From NCBI GenBank assembly GCA_963843845.1, contig CAWJMB010000005.1:92160-156159 (forward strand): a stretch of 64,000 nt of DNA, given 5' to 3'. The notes under the pieces were generated by a model, which worked only from the letters and a program-made list of their open reading frames with translations, had not been told where the DNA came from and did no database searches. Each line of letters starts with the position of its first letter. Positions within the stretch are counted from its first letter, which is position 1. The translations under genes and the position numbers were made by a program. Positions 1-14,635 of this stretch are shown one piece after another. The stretch comes from an uncultured Gemmatimonadaceae bacterium (GTDB lineage Bacteria; Gemmatimonadota; Gemmatimonadetes; Gemmatimonadales; Gemmatimonadaceae).

Positions 1-969
1 GTCGTGGTGCACGGTCTGGAACGACCACACCACCGCGCCCGTCGCCGCCCGCAGCGCGACGACCGAGTTCGCGTGGCGGTTGTCGCCGAGTCGCGCGCCG
101 CCGAAGTAGTCGGGGCTCGCGCTCGACGTCGGCACGAAGACGAGCCCGCGCGCCGTGTCCGCGGCGATGACGCTCCACGCGTTCGCCGCCCCGGTGCGCC
201 GCGCGGTCGGCCCGCGCCAGGTGTCGTACGCCGGGTCGCGCGCGTCCTGCGGCACCGGGTCGAACGTCCAGAGCAGCCGCCCGGAGCGCGCGTCGTAGCC
301 GCGCACCTCGCCGCTCGCCGCGTCGGTGCGCCCGTTGTCGGCGACGGCCGAGCCGACGACGAGCACGTCGCCGACGACCGCGGGCGGGGACGTGACCTCG
401 TACTCCGCGTGCTCGCCGGGCGCGTTGCGCAGCCCGCGCCGCAGGTCGACCGTGCCCCCGTCGCCGAACGACGGACAGGGCGCGCCGTTTCGCGCGTCGA
501 GCGCGATGAGCCGCGCGTCGACGGCGGCGAAGACGATCCGCTCGCGGCACGCGGCACCCGCTGCGGCGCTCGCCGGGGCGCGCCGGTCGACCCAGCGGCT
601 CACGCCGCGGCTCGTCCAGTCGCCGAACCCGGACTGCCGCGCGACGCCGGCGTTGAAGCGCCACCGCTCCTTCCCGGTCGCCGCGTCGAGCGCGAAGACG
701 CGGCCGAGCGGCGTCGAGAGGTACATCACGCCGCCGACGACGAGCGGCGTCGTCTCGAACGACGTGCGCCGGCTCGTCGCGTAGTCGGGGCCCGCCTCGC
801 CGGTGCTGAAGCGCCACGCGACGGCGAGGCGCCCGACGTTGTCCGCGGTGATCTGCGCGAGCGGCGAGTGGCGGCCGCCGCCGGGGTCGTGGCCGTAGCT
901 CGCCCAGTCCTGGGCGAGCGCGGCCGCCGGGAGCGCGAGCGCGGCGAGGCACGTCGAGAGGGTGTGCAT
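1..969 (-). CDS. PQQ-dependent glucose/quinate-type dehydrogenase, N-terminal part (runs off window start)
   Basis: Manual translation from ATG at 969: signal peptide MHTLSTCLAALALPAAALA, then DWASYGHDPGGGRHSPLAQITADNV..AWRF and FETTPLVVGGVMYLSTPLGRVFALDAATGKERWRF, typical of the PQQ beta-propeller N-terminus. Not in the ORF track because it lacks a stop in the window. Confidence 0.85.
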   Translation of the reverse strand, partial: MHTLSTCLAALALPAAALAQDWASYGHDPGGGRHSPLAQITADNVGRLAVAWRFSTGEAGPDYATSRRTSFETTPLVVGGVMYLSTPLGRVFALDAATGKERWRFNAGVARQSGFGDWTSRGVSRWVDRRAPASAAAGAACRERIVFAAVDARLIALDARNGAPCPSFGDGGTVDLRRGLRNAPGEHAEYEVTSPPAVVGDVLVVGSAVADNGRTDAASGEVRGYDARSGRLLWTFDPVPQDARDPAYDTWRGPTARRTGAANAWSVIAADTARGLVFVPTSSASPDYFGGARLGDNRHANSVVALRAATGAVVWSFQTVHHD

Positions 970-1020
970 GCGCGTAACGTGCGCGGCGGCGCGCGCCGCG
1001 TCGATCCTCGCGGGGCCGGG

Positions 1021-2497
1021 CTACATCCGCGCCGCCGGCGACGACACGCGGCGCACGAGCTGGTCGAGGAAGTCGAGCCCGTCGTAGAACGACTTCACGC
1101 GCAGCTTCTCGTCGCGCCCGTGCGCGTTCCCCTCGCCAGGCACGGAGAACAGCCCGCTCACGCCGAACGTCGGGATCCCCGCGTCGCGGAGCTGCCGCCC
1201 GTCGGTCGCGCCGGTCGACATCGTCGGGATGATCGGGATGTCGCCGAACATCCGGCGCGTCAGCTCCGTCGTCGCGGCGAGCAGCGCGGGCTCGATCGGC
1301 GCCGGCGTGACGCCGAAGCGGCGCGTGTTCTGGAACGTCACCGCGATCCCCGTGTCGGCGAGCGCCTTCACGATGCCGTCGCGCGTCTCCTCGGCGCTCG
1401 ACGTCGGCGCGATGCGGCAGTTCACGTTCGCCGTCGCGCGCTGCGGCAGCGCGTTGTTCGCGTGGCCGCCCGCCAGGCGCGTCGCGACGCAGCTCGTGCG
1501 CGAGCATGGAGGCGTAGCGGTCGTCGCCGCGAAGCGTCGCCGTCGCCGCGGCGTCGTTCGGGTTCCGCACGATCGCCCGCATCGCCGACGCCAGGTCGGC
1601 GCGCGGCTCGACCTTCGCCGTCTCCTCGAAGAAGCCGCGCGTCACCGCGTTCAGCGTCACCGGGAAGCGGTGCCGCGACAGCCGCGCGAGCCCCGCGGCG
1701 AGCTGGTAGATCGCGTTGTCGGCGCGCGGCACGCTGGAGTGCCCGCCGGGGTTCGTCGCCGTCAGCGTGAAGTCGGTGTAGACCTTCTCCGCCGCCTGGA
1801 TCGAGTGGAAGAGCGGCCTGCCGTCCGGGGTCAGCGTGCCGCCGCCGCCCTCGTTGATCGCGTACGCCGCGTCGATCAGCGCCTTGTGGTTCTCGAGCAG
1901 CCACGAGACCCCGTTCTTCGGTCCGCCCTCCTCGTCGGCGGTGAGCGCGAGGATCAGGTCGCGGTCGGGGGTCCACCCTTCGCGCTTCCACCACAGCAGG
2001 TTCGCCGCGAAGATCGCCGCCATCGACTTGTCGTCCGACGTGCCGCGGCCGAGGAAGTAGCCGTTCTCCTCGTGCAGCGTGAACGGGTCGCGCGGCCAGT
2101 CGGCGCGGTTGGCGGCGACCACGTCCAGATGCGCGAGAAGCAGGATCGGCTTCTGCCCGTTCGGCGCCTTGCCGCGGTAGCGCACGACGAGGTTCCCCTT
2201 GTCGGGGCGGTCGGCGGGGACGAGCAGGTGCACGTCGCCCGCCGGGAAGCCGGCCGCGCGGAACCGCTCCGCCATCGCCGCCGCGGCCGTCGTCACGTTG
2301 CCGACCGAGTCGGCGGTGTTGATCTCGACGAGCTGCTCGTAGACGTCGCGCGCGAGCTGCTGGCGCGGCGTGAGCGTGCGGGGGCCGGCCGGCGCCGGGG
2401 CGGCCGGCGCCTGCGCGTGCGACGCGCCGGCGGCGAGCAGGGAGCCTAACGCCAGGGTGCCTAACGCGACGCCGAGCGTGCCGAGTCTGGTGCGCAT
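1021..2497 (-). CDS. Secreted M20/M25/M40 family metallopeptidase (one apparent frameshift near 1510-1530)
   Basis: Manual translation: signal peptide, LLLAHLDVV, GRGTSDDK, LTADEEGG; C-terminal ORF 1021..1425 has MSTGATDGR and AHGRDE. Confidence 0.85.
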
Positions 2498-2505
2498 GCG
2501 GTCTC

Positions 2506-2853
2506 CTATTTTCCGGTCCACGTCTTCCACTCGGCCTCGTTCGCGCCGAGGGTGAGCTTGTGCTGGAAGCGCACGAGCGGGGTCTTGATGAGCAGCGGCT
2601 CGTCGGCGAGCAGCTGCAGCCACCGCTCGTCGCCGTAGAGCGCCGTGCGCAGCCCCAGCTCGGCGAAGCGCTTCCCCTCGCGGTCGATCAGCGCCTGCGC
2701 GCCGAACTTCTGCGCGAAGCGGCGCAGCTCGCCGAGGCTCGCGGCGCGCTCGTTCAGGTCGACGAAGTGCGTCTTCACGCGGCGCTCGGCGAAGAAGCGC
2801 ATCGCCTTGCGCGTGTCGGCGTCCTTCTTCGTGCCGAAGATCTGGACTTCCAC
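2506..2853 (-). CDS. ArsC/Spx-like (arsenate reductase family) protein
   Basis: C-terminal part of ORF 2506..3555: VEVQIFGTKKDADTRKAMRFFAERRV...EPLLIKTPLVR; GTG start at 2853. Confidence 0.7.
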   Translation of the reverse strand: MEVQIFGTKKDADTRKAMRFFAERRVKTHFVDLNERAASLGELRRFAQKFGAQALIDREGKRFAELGLRTALYGDERWLQLLADEPLLIKTPLVRFQHKLTLGANEAEWKTWTGK

Positions 2854-2855
2854 GG

Positions 2856-3743
2856 CTACCGCACCGCCCCGCGCCGCCACGCGTCGTAGCGCCGTCTGAG
2901 CTCCAACAACGGGTTGTCCTCCCCCTTCGCCACCGTCACGGAGAGCGCCAGCCACGGCGCCCTGGGCGTGCCCTGGTCGCTCATCCCGATCCGCTCGGCG
3001 GCGTACGGCGCGTCGGTCCCGCGCGCGACGAGGATCATCGCCGTCGCCGCGGTCTGCCGGACCGTCGCGGTGTTGCAGCGCACGTCGCCGCCGGCCGCCG
3101 ACCCCGCCTCGACGGCGCGCATCAGTCGGTCGGAGAGCGTGTTGAAGCCGGCGGGGTCGTCCCAGGTGAACGCGGCGAGCGTGCCCGAGACCACGCCTTC
3201 GCCGGCGAGCGTGTTCCCCTGCGCGCTGACGCCGCGGCTCGCGTCCGAGCGCACGCCCGCCCACGGCGCGTGGCCGTTGACCGGCGCACGGCCGTCGAGC
3301 ATCGGCTTCCCGGTGAACCCGGCCGTCTGCACCTTGCCGCCGCGCATCGTCACGACGCCGTACTGGCGACTGCCCAGCCGCGCGTCGGTCGTGCTGTCGC
3401 TCACGCGCCGGACGATCTCGTCGGCCGTCAGCCCCTCCTGCAGCGCGGCGAACACCCGGTTGCGGTTGTCGACGTCGAAGGCGGCCTGCGTCGCCGCGGC
3501 GCCCTTGCCCGGAACGAGCGCGGCGAGCGCGTCGGCCAGCGTGTTCGCGACGCACGAGGCCATCGCGACGCCCACGTCGCCGGTCGCCGGATCGACGCCG
3601 ACGACCGACCAGGTGTTCATGTCGAGCGTCTCGCCGCGCCGCGCCCGCGCGTCGGACCGGTCGGAGACCGACGACGACGGGCGGTGACAGCCCGCGAGGG
3701 CGGCGAGCGCGACGAGGGCGGCGCGGCGCGAGGAGGCGTGCAT
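2856..3743 (-). CDS. DUF1028-like (Ntn-hydrolase superfamily) lipoprotein
   Basis: Lipobox LAGC; TWSVVGVDPATGDVGVAMAS, GAAATQA, RQYGVV, SAQGNTLAG, AGGDVRC motifs. Confidence 0.8.
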   Translation of the reverse strand: MHASSRRAALVALAALAGCHRPSSSVSDRSDARARRGETLDMNTWSVVGVDPATGDVGVAMASCVANTLADALAALVPGKGAAATQAAFDVDNRNRVFAALQEGLTADEIVRRVSDSTTDARLGSRQYGVVTMRGGKVQTAGFTGKPMLDGRAPVNGHAPWAGVRSDASRGVSAQGNTLAGEGVVSGTLAAFTWDDPAGFNTLSDRLMRAVEAGSAAGGDVRCNTATVRQTAATAMILVARGTDAPYAAERIGMSDQGTPRAPWLALSVTVAKGEDNPLLELRRRYDAWRRGAVR

Positions 3744-3898
3744 GAGAGCTGGCCGCGAGGAGTGGGGAGTGGTAACCGACGACGTCGTGCCGGGCGCGAC
3801 GCGATGGTCAGGAAGGATGGAGGAAGGGATCGCGACTCGCCACCACCGGCGCCACGACGCCCGCCGGCGGCGGACCTCGGCGGCGGGCGCGCGTGGCG

Positions 3899-6279
<2,381 letters not shown>

Positions 6280-6293
6280 GCGTCGCCCGCTTC

Positions 6294-6475
6294 ACGGCGG
6301 GGTCGATACGGCGGGGGGACGCTACGGCGGGTTCCGCACGGCGTGACGGCTCCGGCGGTACGGCGCTGGCGAAACGGCGCCGCCGTACCGACCCCGCCGT
6401 ACCGACAGCGCCTCACCGGCCGCGTGGGCACGGTGTATCGTCCCCGCCGGACCGACCCCGCCGTACCGACCCCGC
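6294..6475. repeat. Intergenic cluster of 14-bp units (CCCCGCCGTACCGA) in inverted arrays
   Basis: Reverse-orientation copies at 6294-6331; forward copies at 6380-6406 and 6436-6475. Confidence 0.7.
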
Positions 6476-6526
6476 AGTGCCGAGCACGGCCGGCGCGGCA
6501 TCCTCCAGCCCCTATCCCGCCCGTCC

Positions 6527-8361
<1,835 letters not shown>

Positions 8362-8427
8362 CACGTGTGACGGCGGGACCGACCCCTGGTCCCGCCGTTC
8401 AGGAGTGAGCCCCGCCGTCCGAAGCCG

Positions 8428-10083
8428 TCAGGGGCAGCGCGCCAACCCCGCGACCGGGCAGGTCTCGGGACTCGGCGCCGGCGCGCTCGACTGTCCGCCG
8501 GGCCCGCCGAACGTGTACAGCTCCTGTCGTAACGTTCCCAGCTCGCGCCCCGGCACCGGCAGTTGCGTGAAGCTGTTCTCCGGCAGCGCTCCCCACCCGC
8601 GCGCATCGAAGTACGCCGTCACGCCGTCCACGCCGAGCAGCTCGATGCCCTTCTCGTAGCGCAGCGCGTCCCACAGCGAGCCGCACGCGCCGCTGAACTT
8701 GCGCGGCACGCACCCCGGCTCGTCGGGCGGCCCGGCGATCGTCACCGGCGGCAGCTGCCCGTTCGCGACGCGCGTCTTGTTGATGAGCGGCACCGCCTCC
8801 GCCGCACGCCCGAGCCGGATGAGCCCCTCGGCCTTGAGCAGATCCATCTCGGTGACCGTCAGCGCCGGCTGTGGCCCCGTCTGCCACGTCGTGCCCGTGC
8901 CGTACCGGAGGTAGTAGTAGTACGAGAATCGGTAGCTCCCGCGCGACGCCGCGAAGATCGTCGACGCGTTGTAGCCGAGGTACCGGCCAGGGGTCGCCGG
9001 CCCGCCGGCGCCCTGGATGCGGCGGTCCTTCGTGCGGAGCTGGAACGGCGTCCGACTGTCGTTCGGCGTGTTGTACCAGTTGATGAACCCGTTCGACGAG
9101 TCGGCGGCGCCGATCAACCAGTAGCTCGGCCGCCCATAGTCGCTCGGCGGGCCGGTGCGGACGCGGGCGACGAGGCGCTTCCAGTCGTCCCACAGAATGT
9201 CGGTCTGCGCGACGGGAGCGAAGTCGGCCGTGACGCCGGCATCGATCCGCCGGATGACCTCGGCCCAATCGACCGTCCCCCGCTCGGCGCGCGTGCGCGG
9301 GGTGTAGGCGAGGAAGCGCGCGGCGTACGAGTTCGCGAGCTGCACGAACTGGTCGCGCGTCATCGCCTGGAACAGCCAACTGTCGACCGGGAGCGTGAAG
9401 CTCGTCGCGCGCGCCGAGGTGATCGCCTGGTCGAGCTGCGCGATCGCCGCCTTCGACACCTCGGCGTACGGCCGGAACTGCGGCGTCGTGATCGTGTCGA
9501 GCACGAGCTTCTCGTCGACGACGAACGCCTTGTCGTAGTACAGCCCGAGGTAGCCGTGTGAGACACCCTGCAGGAACTTGCCGACCGCCTGCGTCCGCGC
9601 CGTGCGTGCGGCGTCGCCGACGACCAGCCCCTTGTCGATCGCCGCGAGCGCGTCGTTCACCGACGAGATCGTTCGATAGAGCCCGTACCACGGGTCGGCG
9701 TTCACGGCGCTGCGCGCATTCGCCGGACTGTTGTTCCACGCCGAGCGCGGCTCGGCCGACGGCTCGAGCTGGCCGAAGTCGGCGAAGCCGGACGTCACCT
9801 CGCGCGCCACGGTCGACAGCGCCCACGACGGATAGTCGTCGTGCCCGGCGACCGGCCAGAACGTGCGGAACGCGCTCGACACGAACGACTCGGCCGACGT
9901 CGCCTGCTGCGTGGCGCGCGCGCGGTCGGGCTCGTTCGTGTTCGTGACGGCCAGCTCCTGGCAGCCGACGACCAGAGCGCAGAGCGCGGCGCGCAGCGCG
10001 CGGAGGCCGTAGGCTCGGCGTCGGACGGTGGGATACTCGGCGCGCTGCGCGCCGCGCGCCGCGCTGCTATTCGTCTGCTTCAT
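8428..10083 (-). CDS. RagB/SusD-like nutrient-binding outer membrane lipoprotein
   Basis: ATG overlaps the SusC stop (TGATG); lipobox LVVGC; LLKAEGLIRLGRAAEAVPLINKTR and ALRYEKGIEL SusD-type C-terminal motifs. Confidence 0.8.
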   Translation of the reverse strand: MKQTNSSAARGAQRAEYPTVRRRAYGLRALRAALCALVVGCQELAVTNTNEPDRARATQQATSAESFVSSAFRTFWPVAGHDDYPSWALSTVAREVTSGFADFGQLEPSAEPRSAWNNSPANARSAVNADPWYGLYRTISSVNDALAAIDKGLVVGDAARTARTQAVGKFLQGVSHGYLGLYYDKAFVVDEKLVLDTITTPQFRPYAEVSKAAIAQLDQAITSARATSFTLPVDSWLFQAMTRDQFVQLANSYAARFLAYTPRTRAERGTVDWAEVIRRIDAGVTADFAPVAQTDILWDDWKRLVARVRTGPPSDYGRPSYWLIGAADSSNGFINWYNTPNDSRTPFQLRTKDRRIQGAGGPATPGRYLGYNASTIFAASRGSYRFSYYYYLRYGTGTTWQTGPQPALTVTEMDLLKAEGLIRLGRAAEAVPLINKTRVANGQLPPVTIAGPPDEPGCVPRKFSGACGSLWDALRYEKGIELLGVDGVTAYFDARGWGALPENSFTQLPVPGRELGTLRQELYTFGGPGGQSSAPAPSPETCPVAGLARCP

Positions 10084-13000
10084 CAGAACTCCACCTGCAC
10101 AGATCCAGTGATGGTCCGGTACCGCGGATAGCCGAACGAGTCGAGCTTGATGACCGTCGGACGGTTGGAATCGCTCACTTCGGGGTCGTAGCCCTTGTAG
10201 TTGGTGAACGTCACGAGGTTGCGGCCGATGAGCGACAGCGACAGTCCGCGCGCACCGACGCGCGACAGCGGGCCGGCGAAGCGGCGGCCGACGTTGTAGC
10301 GCACCGAGAGCTCGCGCAACTTCACGAAGCCGCCGTCCTCGACGAAGTAGTCGGTCGGCGAGTTCGCCGCGTAGAGCGCGACGTAGTAGTCGACCGGCTT
10401 CTTCAGCTCCTGCTCCTTGCCTGCCTGGTCGACGTCCGCGCTCCGGCCGTACTGATACATGCGCTGGTTCGTCTGATTGTAGACGTTCCCCCCTTTCACG
10501 ACGTCGACGAGCCCGAAGAAGCTGAAGTCGCGCCACGTCACGTTGTTCGACAGTCCGACGTGGAAATCGGGATTGCCGTCACCGATCTGCACGAGCGCCG
10601 CGTTCCCGGCGGCGTCGCGCTGCGTGATCGGGATGCCGAACTGGTAGGTCGACGTACCGATCGTCACCGCCGGCGACCCCCACAGTCGCTTCGTCTCTCC
10701 CTCCTTGAACGTGTTGCCGGGGCCGACGTACACGAGCAGCCCCTCGTCGTTCACCTGGAACTCGCTCGCCCGGGCCTGCACATCCTGTGGCAGCTCGTTC
10801 ACGCCCGTGATGAAGCGGAAGCCGTACATGGCGCCGAGCGTCGTTCCCGCGCAGCGGTAGGCGATGGTCTGCGTCGTGTAGCAGGGCACGTCGAGCTGAC
10901 TGATCCTGTTGCGCGAGCGGTCGGCGACGAGGCCGACGCGCCACGCGAGCTTCGGGCTGCGCAGCACCTGCGCCTCGAACGTTCCCTCGACCGTGTTGCC
11001 GTCGACGGTGCCGGCGTTGCGCCACTGCGTCGTGTAGCCGTAGAAGCCGGCGAGCGGCACCTGCAACAGCTGGTCGGTGACGTGGCTACGGGCGTAGGAC
11101 AGTTGCAGCGAGTAGCGCTCGTGCCAGATCGCGTCGAGCCCGACCTCGGTCTCGCGCGCCAGCTCCGGCTTCAGGAACTTGTTGCCGAGGTTGACCTTGC
11201 GGAGGCCGCCGCCGGTCGTGAACTGGAGCGTCTCGAACTGATCGTCGAAGTCGGGGCGGCCGCCCGCCGTGCCCTGCGACAGTCGCAGCTTCAGCTCGCT
11301 GAACCCGTCGATCGGGAACCACTTCTCCTCGGCGACGCGCCAGGCGCCGCTCGCGCGGTAGTACGTGTTCCACCGCTCCTCGGGGCCGAACAGCGAGCTG
11401 CCGTCGCGCCGCACGAGGCCGTCCAGGATGTAACGGCCGCGATAGTCGGCGGCGAGCGACCCGAAGTAGCTGTCGGTGCGGATCTGCTCGAGCGTGCTCG
11501 TCGGGAAGAAGCGCTGCGTCGCGTTCTCGAGGCTCCGCACGCCGGGCACCGCGAGGAACGTTCCGTTCGCCGTCACGACGTTGTTGTCCTCGCGCTCCTG
11601 CAGCGCGCGGAGCGTGCTCCGCAGCGTCAGCGCGCCGAACTTCTGCAGGAAGTTCGCGCTCGCCGCGGCGTTCAGCGCGTCGGTCGTGCCGTTCGTCTGC
11701 GTGATCTCGCCGGGCCCGCCCAACGCGAAGCCCTCGGTCTTCACGCCCTGGTCGAGGAAGAAGGTGTTCAGTCGGTCGGAGCGGTCGTAGCTGATGTTGC
11801 CGTCGATCGTGAGCCAGCCCAGCGGCGTGTAGCGCGCCTCGACGCTGCCCTGCGTGCGCGCGCGCTTGCGGCGGCGCTGCTCGGTCGCCAGCACGTAGAG
11901 CGGGTTCTCCTCGCGCCCTTCGGTCACGTCGCCCTGGAACAGGTACGGCGTGCCGTCCGGGTCCGGCGCGCGCAGGTCGACGTCCGGGGCCTGGTTGATG
12001 AGGTCGAAGAACGTGTCGCCGTACAGCTCCTGCCGGTTGGAGCGGCTGTGGTAGCCGCTGAACGACAGTCGCACGTTGTCGACCGGCCGGTGGTCGAGGT
12101 TCAGTCGGATGTCGTTCTGGTCGTAGCGCCCGGTGTTGAGCACGACGCCGTCTTCCTTCGAGTTGACGTACGACAGGAACCAGTTCGTCTTGCCGCCGTT
12201 CTGCGCGACGTTGACCGAGCTCCGATACGTGTTCCCGGGATTGAAGAAGCGGTCGACCTGGTCGAACACCTGCCCCGGATAGACGCCGTCCTGAAAGCGC
12301 GTGTAGACCGGCTTCGCCACCCGGCGCGCGCGGTCGACGACGTTGCCGGCCGCGTCGACGTACTGCCCCTGTGCGTTCGTCAGGTAGAAGTGGTTCTGCG
12401 CCCACGTCATGTTGCCGCCGAGCTGGTTCGACCCGAACTCGCTGCGCGCGGTGACGCGCGTGGCGCCGTCCGTGACGTTCGACCCGCGCCGCGTGCGGAT
12501 CGAGATGACCCCGCTCGACGCGCGCGAGCCGTAGAGCGACGCCGCCGCGGCCCCCTTCACGACCTCCATGCTCTCGATGTCCATCGATTCGAGGTCGGCC
12601 GTCGAGCCGCTGAACGACTGACTCAGGATCACTCCGTCGACGACGATGAGCGGGCTGATCGACTTGTTGATGCTCGTCGGCGACCGGAGCTGGATGTTCG
12701 TTCCGCTCCCCGGCTGCCCGCTCGGCACCACGGTGACGCCGGCGATCTTGCCCTGGATCGTCTCGACGGCGTTCGTCGCCGGCACCGGCGCGTTCTCCGC
12801 GTCCACGCGCCCGACCGTGAACGGCACGCGCGTGCCGCTCGTCGGGTCGACGACGCCGGTCGTGACGACCGCTTCCAGCGTGAGCGGCGCCGTGCCGAGT
12901 CGGAGCGGCACGTCGGTCGCCTCGCCGGCCGCGACGCGCACCGCCGCGCGCGACGTCGGACGGTAGCCGAGGCGTCGCGCTTCGACGGTGACGGTGCCGG

Positions 13001-13259
13001 CCGGCACGCCGCCGATCGTGTAGCGGCCGGTCTCGTCGGTCGCCGCGCCGAAGCGCGTGCCGGCGACGTTGACCTGCACCGCCGAGAGCGGGCGGCCGCT
13101 CGCCGAGTCGGTGACGGTGCCGGTGATGCGGCCCGTGGAGGCCGGGGACGCAGGCGGTTGCGCCGAGGCCGTCGCGGCGAGCGACGGCACGGCGAGGACG
13201 CATGCCGAGAGGGCCGCGGCCACCAGAGGGGCGGCGCGGGTGGAACGGGCGCGAGACAT
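10083..13259 (-). CDS. SusC/RagA family TonB-linked outer membrane transporter
   Basis: N-terminal carboxypeptidase-regulatory-like domain, plug motif DIESMEVVKGAAAASLYGSRASSGVI, YKGYDPE, terminal Phe. Confidence 0.93.
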   Translation of the reverse strand: MSRARSTRAAPLVAAALSACVLAVPSLAATASAQPPASPASTGRITGTVTDSASGRPLSAVQVNVAGTRFGAATDETGRYTIGGVPAGTVTVEARRLGYRPTSRAAVRVAAGEATDVPLRLGTAPLTLEAVVTTGVVDPTSGTRVPFTVGRVDAENAPVPATNAVETIQGKIAGVTVVPSGQPGSGTNIQLRSPTSINKSISPLIVVDGVILSQSFSGSTADLESMDIESMEVVKGAAAASLYGSRASSGVISIRTRRGSNVTDGATRVTARSEFGSNQLGGNMTWAQNHFYLTNAQGQYVDAAGNVVDRARRVAKPVYTRFQDGVYPGQVFDQVDRFFNPGNTYRSSVNVAQNGGKTNWFLSYVNSKEDGVVLNTGRYDQNDIRLNLDHRPVDNVRLSFSGYHSRSNRQELYGDTFFDLINQAPDVDLRAPDPDGTPYLFQGDVTEGREENPLYVLATEQRRRKRARTQGSVEARYTPLGWLTIDGNISYDRSDRLNTFFLDQGVKTEGFALGGPGEITQTNGTTDALNAAASANFLQKFGALTLRSTLRALQEREDNNVVTANGTFLAVPGVRSLENATQRFFPTSTLEQIRTDSYFGSLAADYRGRYILDGLVRRDGSSLFGPEERWNTYYRASGAWRVAEEKWFPIDGFSELKLRLSQGTAGGRPDFDDQFETLQFTTGGGLRKVNLGNKFLKPELARETEVGLDAIWHERYSLQLSYARSHVTDQLLQVPLAGFYGYTTQWRNAGTVDGNTVEGTFEAQVLRSPKLAWRVGLVADRSRNRISQLDVPCYTTQTIAYRCAGTTLGAMYGFRFITGVNELPQDVQARASEFQVNDEGLLVYVGPGNTFKEGETKRLWGSPAVTIGTSTYQFGIPITQRDAAGNAALVQIGDGNPDFHVGLSNNVTWRDFSFFGLVDVVKGGNVYNQTNQRMYQYGRSADVDQAGKEQELKKPVDYYVALYAANSPTDYFVEDGGFVKLRELSVRYNVGRRFAGPLSRVGARGLSLSLIGRNLVTFTNYKGYDPEVSDSNRPTVIKLDSFGYPRYRTITGSVQVEF

Positions 13260-13506
13260 CGTGCCTCCGAAGAGGGGCGGAAAGGAGCGAAGTGAGCGGC
13301 GGCGTGGCTCGGGCCACCGACACGGCTTACGGAGAGCCGCCGCCGATCGTTCGCGGCGGGCGTCGTCCGCTGTGTGACCCGCCCCAGCGCCGTTGCGTTA
13401 CCGGCTGCCGTCCGCAGACCGCACACCGCACCGCCGCGGCCGAGGGTGGTCGGCTACGGCGCGACCGCGGCGTGGCCGACCGCCTCGGCCGCGCCGCGAC
13501 GGTGCG

Positions 13507-14625
13507 TCACGCGCAGAGGTCGCGCCCCACGTCGCGCACCGACGCGCAGCCTGCGAGCGCCATCGCCAGCGCCAGCTCCGCGCGCAGCATGCCTAACGCC
13601 GTCGCCACGCCGGCCTCGCCGTCCACGGCGAGCCCCCACAGCACCGGCCGTCCGACGAGCACGGCGCGGGCGCCGAGCGCGAGCGCCTTCAGCACGTCGG
13701 CGCCGCGCCGCACCCCGCCGTCGACGTAGAGCTCGAGCCCGCCGTCGGCGTCGGAGAGCGCCTCCGCGACCTCGCGCAGCGCGTCCGCCGTCGCGACCGC
13801 CCCGTCGAGCTGCCGCCCGCCGTGGTTCGACACGACGACCGCCGCCGCGCCGTGCTCCGCCGCCAGCCGCGCGTCGTCGCCGCGCACGACCCCTTTCACG
13901 ACGATCGGCAGCCGCGTGATCGAGCGCAGCCACGCGACGTCGCGCCACGTCAGCGACGGGTCGAGCATCTCGCGGATGTACGCCGCGAGCCCCGAGTCGC
14001 CGGCCGCGGCGCCGAGCGCCTCCTTGCCGGAGCCGGCGAGGTTCGCGCACGTCAGCCCGTCGGGGAGCGCGAAGCCGTTGCGCATGTCGCGCCACCGCCG
14101 CCCGAACAGCGGCGCGTCGACGGTCAGCACGAGCGCCCCGTACCCCGCGCCCTCGGCCCGCTCGACGAGCGCGCGCGTGACCGCGCGGTCCTTGTAGACG
14201 TAGAGCTGGAACCAGCGCCCGCCCGACGCGCTTCCATCCGCAGTGCCCGCCGCGCGCCGAGCCGCATCGTGTTCCGTCGCGACCGCCTCGAGCGACGTCG
14301 TCGCGAGCGTGCTGAGGATCATGACCGTCCCCGCCGCCGCCGCGGCGCGCGCCGTCGCGAGCTCGCCGTCGGGGTGCGCCATGCGCTGGAACGCCGTCGG
14401 CGCGACGAGGATCGGCATCGACACCGGGGCGCCCAACACCGTCGTCGCGAGGTCGCACGACGAGACGTCGACGAGGCAGCGCGGCCGGAGCTTCACCCGC
14501 CGCCACGCCTCGACGTTGTCGCGCAGCGTGCGCTCGTCCTCGGCGCCGCTCGCGTAGTAGTCGTAGGCCATCCGCGGCAGCCGCTCCGCCGCGGCATCGT
14601 GCAGATCGTCGATGGTCAGGTGCAT
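13507..14625 (-). CDS. FMN-dependent alpha-hydroxy acid oxidase/dehydrogenase
   Basis: YDYYASGA, APTAFQ, WFQLY, LTVDAP, VSNHGGRQLD, DGGVRRGADVLKALALGA. Confidence 0.93.
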   Translation of the reverse strand: MHLTIDDLHDAAAERLPRMAYDYYASGAEDERTLRDNVEAWRRVKLRPRCLVDVSSCDLATTVLGAPVSMPILVAPTAFQRMAHPDGELATARAAAAAGTVMILSTLATTSLEAVATEHDAARRAAGTADGSASGGRWFQLYVYKDRAVTRALVERAEGAGYGALVLTVDAPLFGRRWRDMRNGFALPDGLTCANLAGSGKEALGAAAGDSGLAAYIREMLDPSLTWRDVAWLRSITRLPIVVKGVVRGDDARLAAEHGAAAVVVSNHGGRQLDGAVATADALREVAEALSDADGGLELYVDGGVRRGADVLKALALGARAVLVGRPVLWGLAVDGEAGVATALGMLRAELALAMALAGCASVRDVGRDLCA

Positions 14626-14635
14626 GGAGAGGCCG

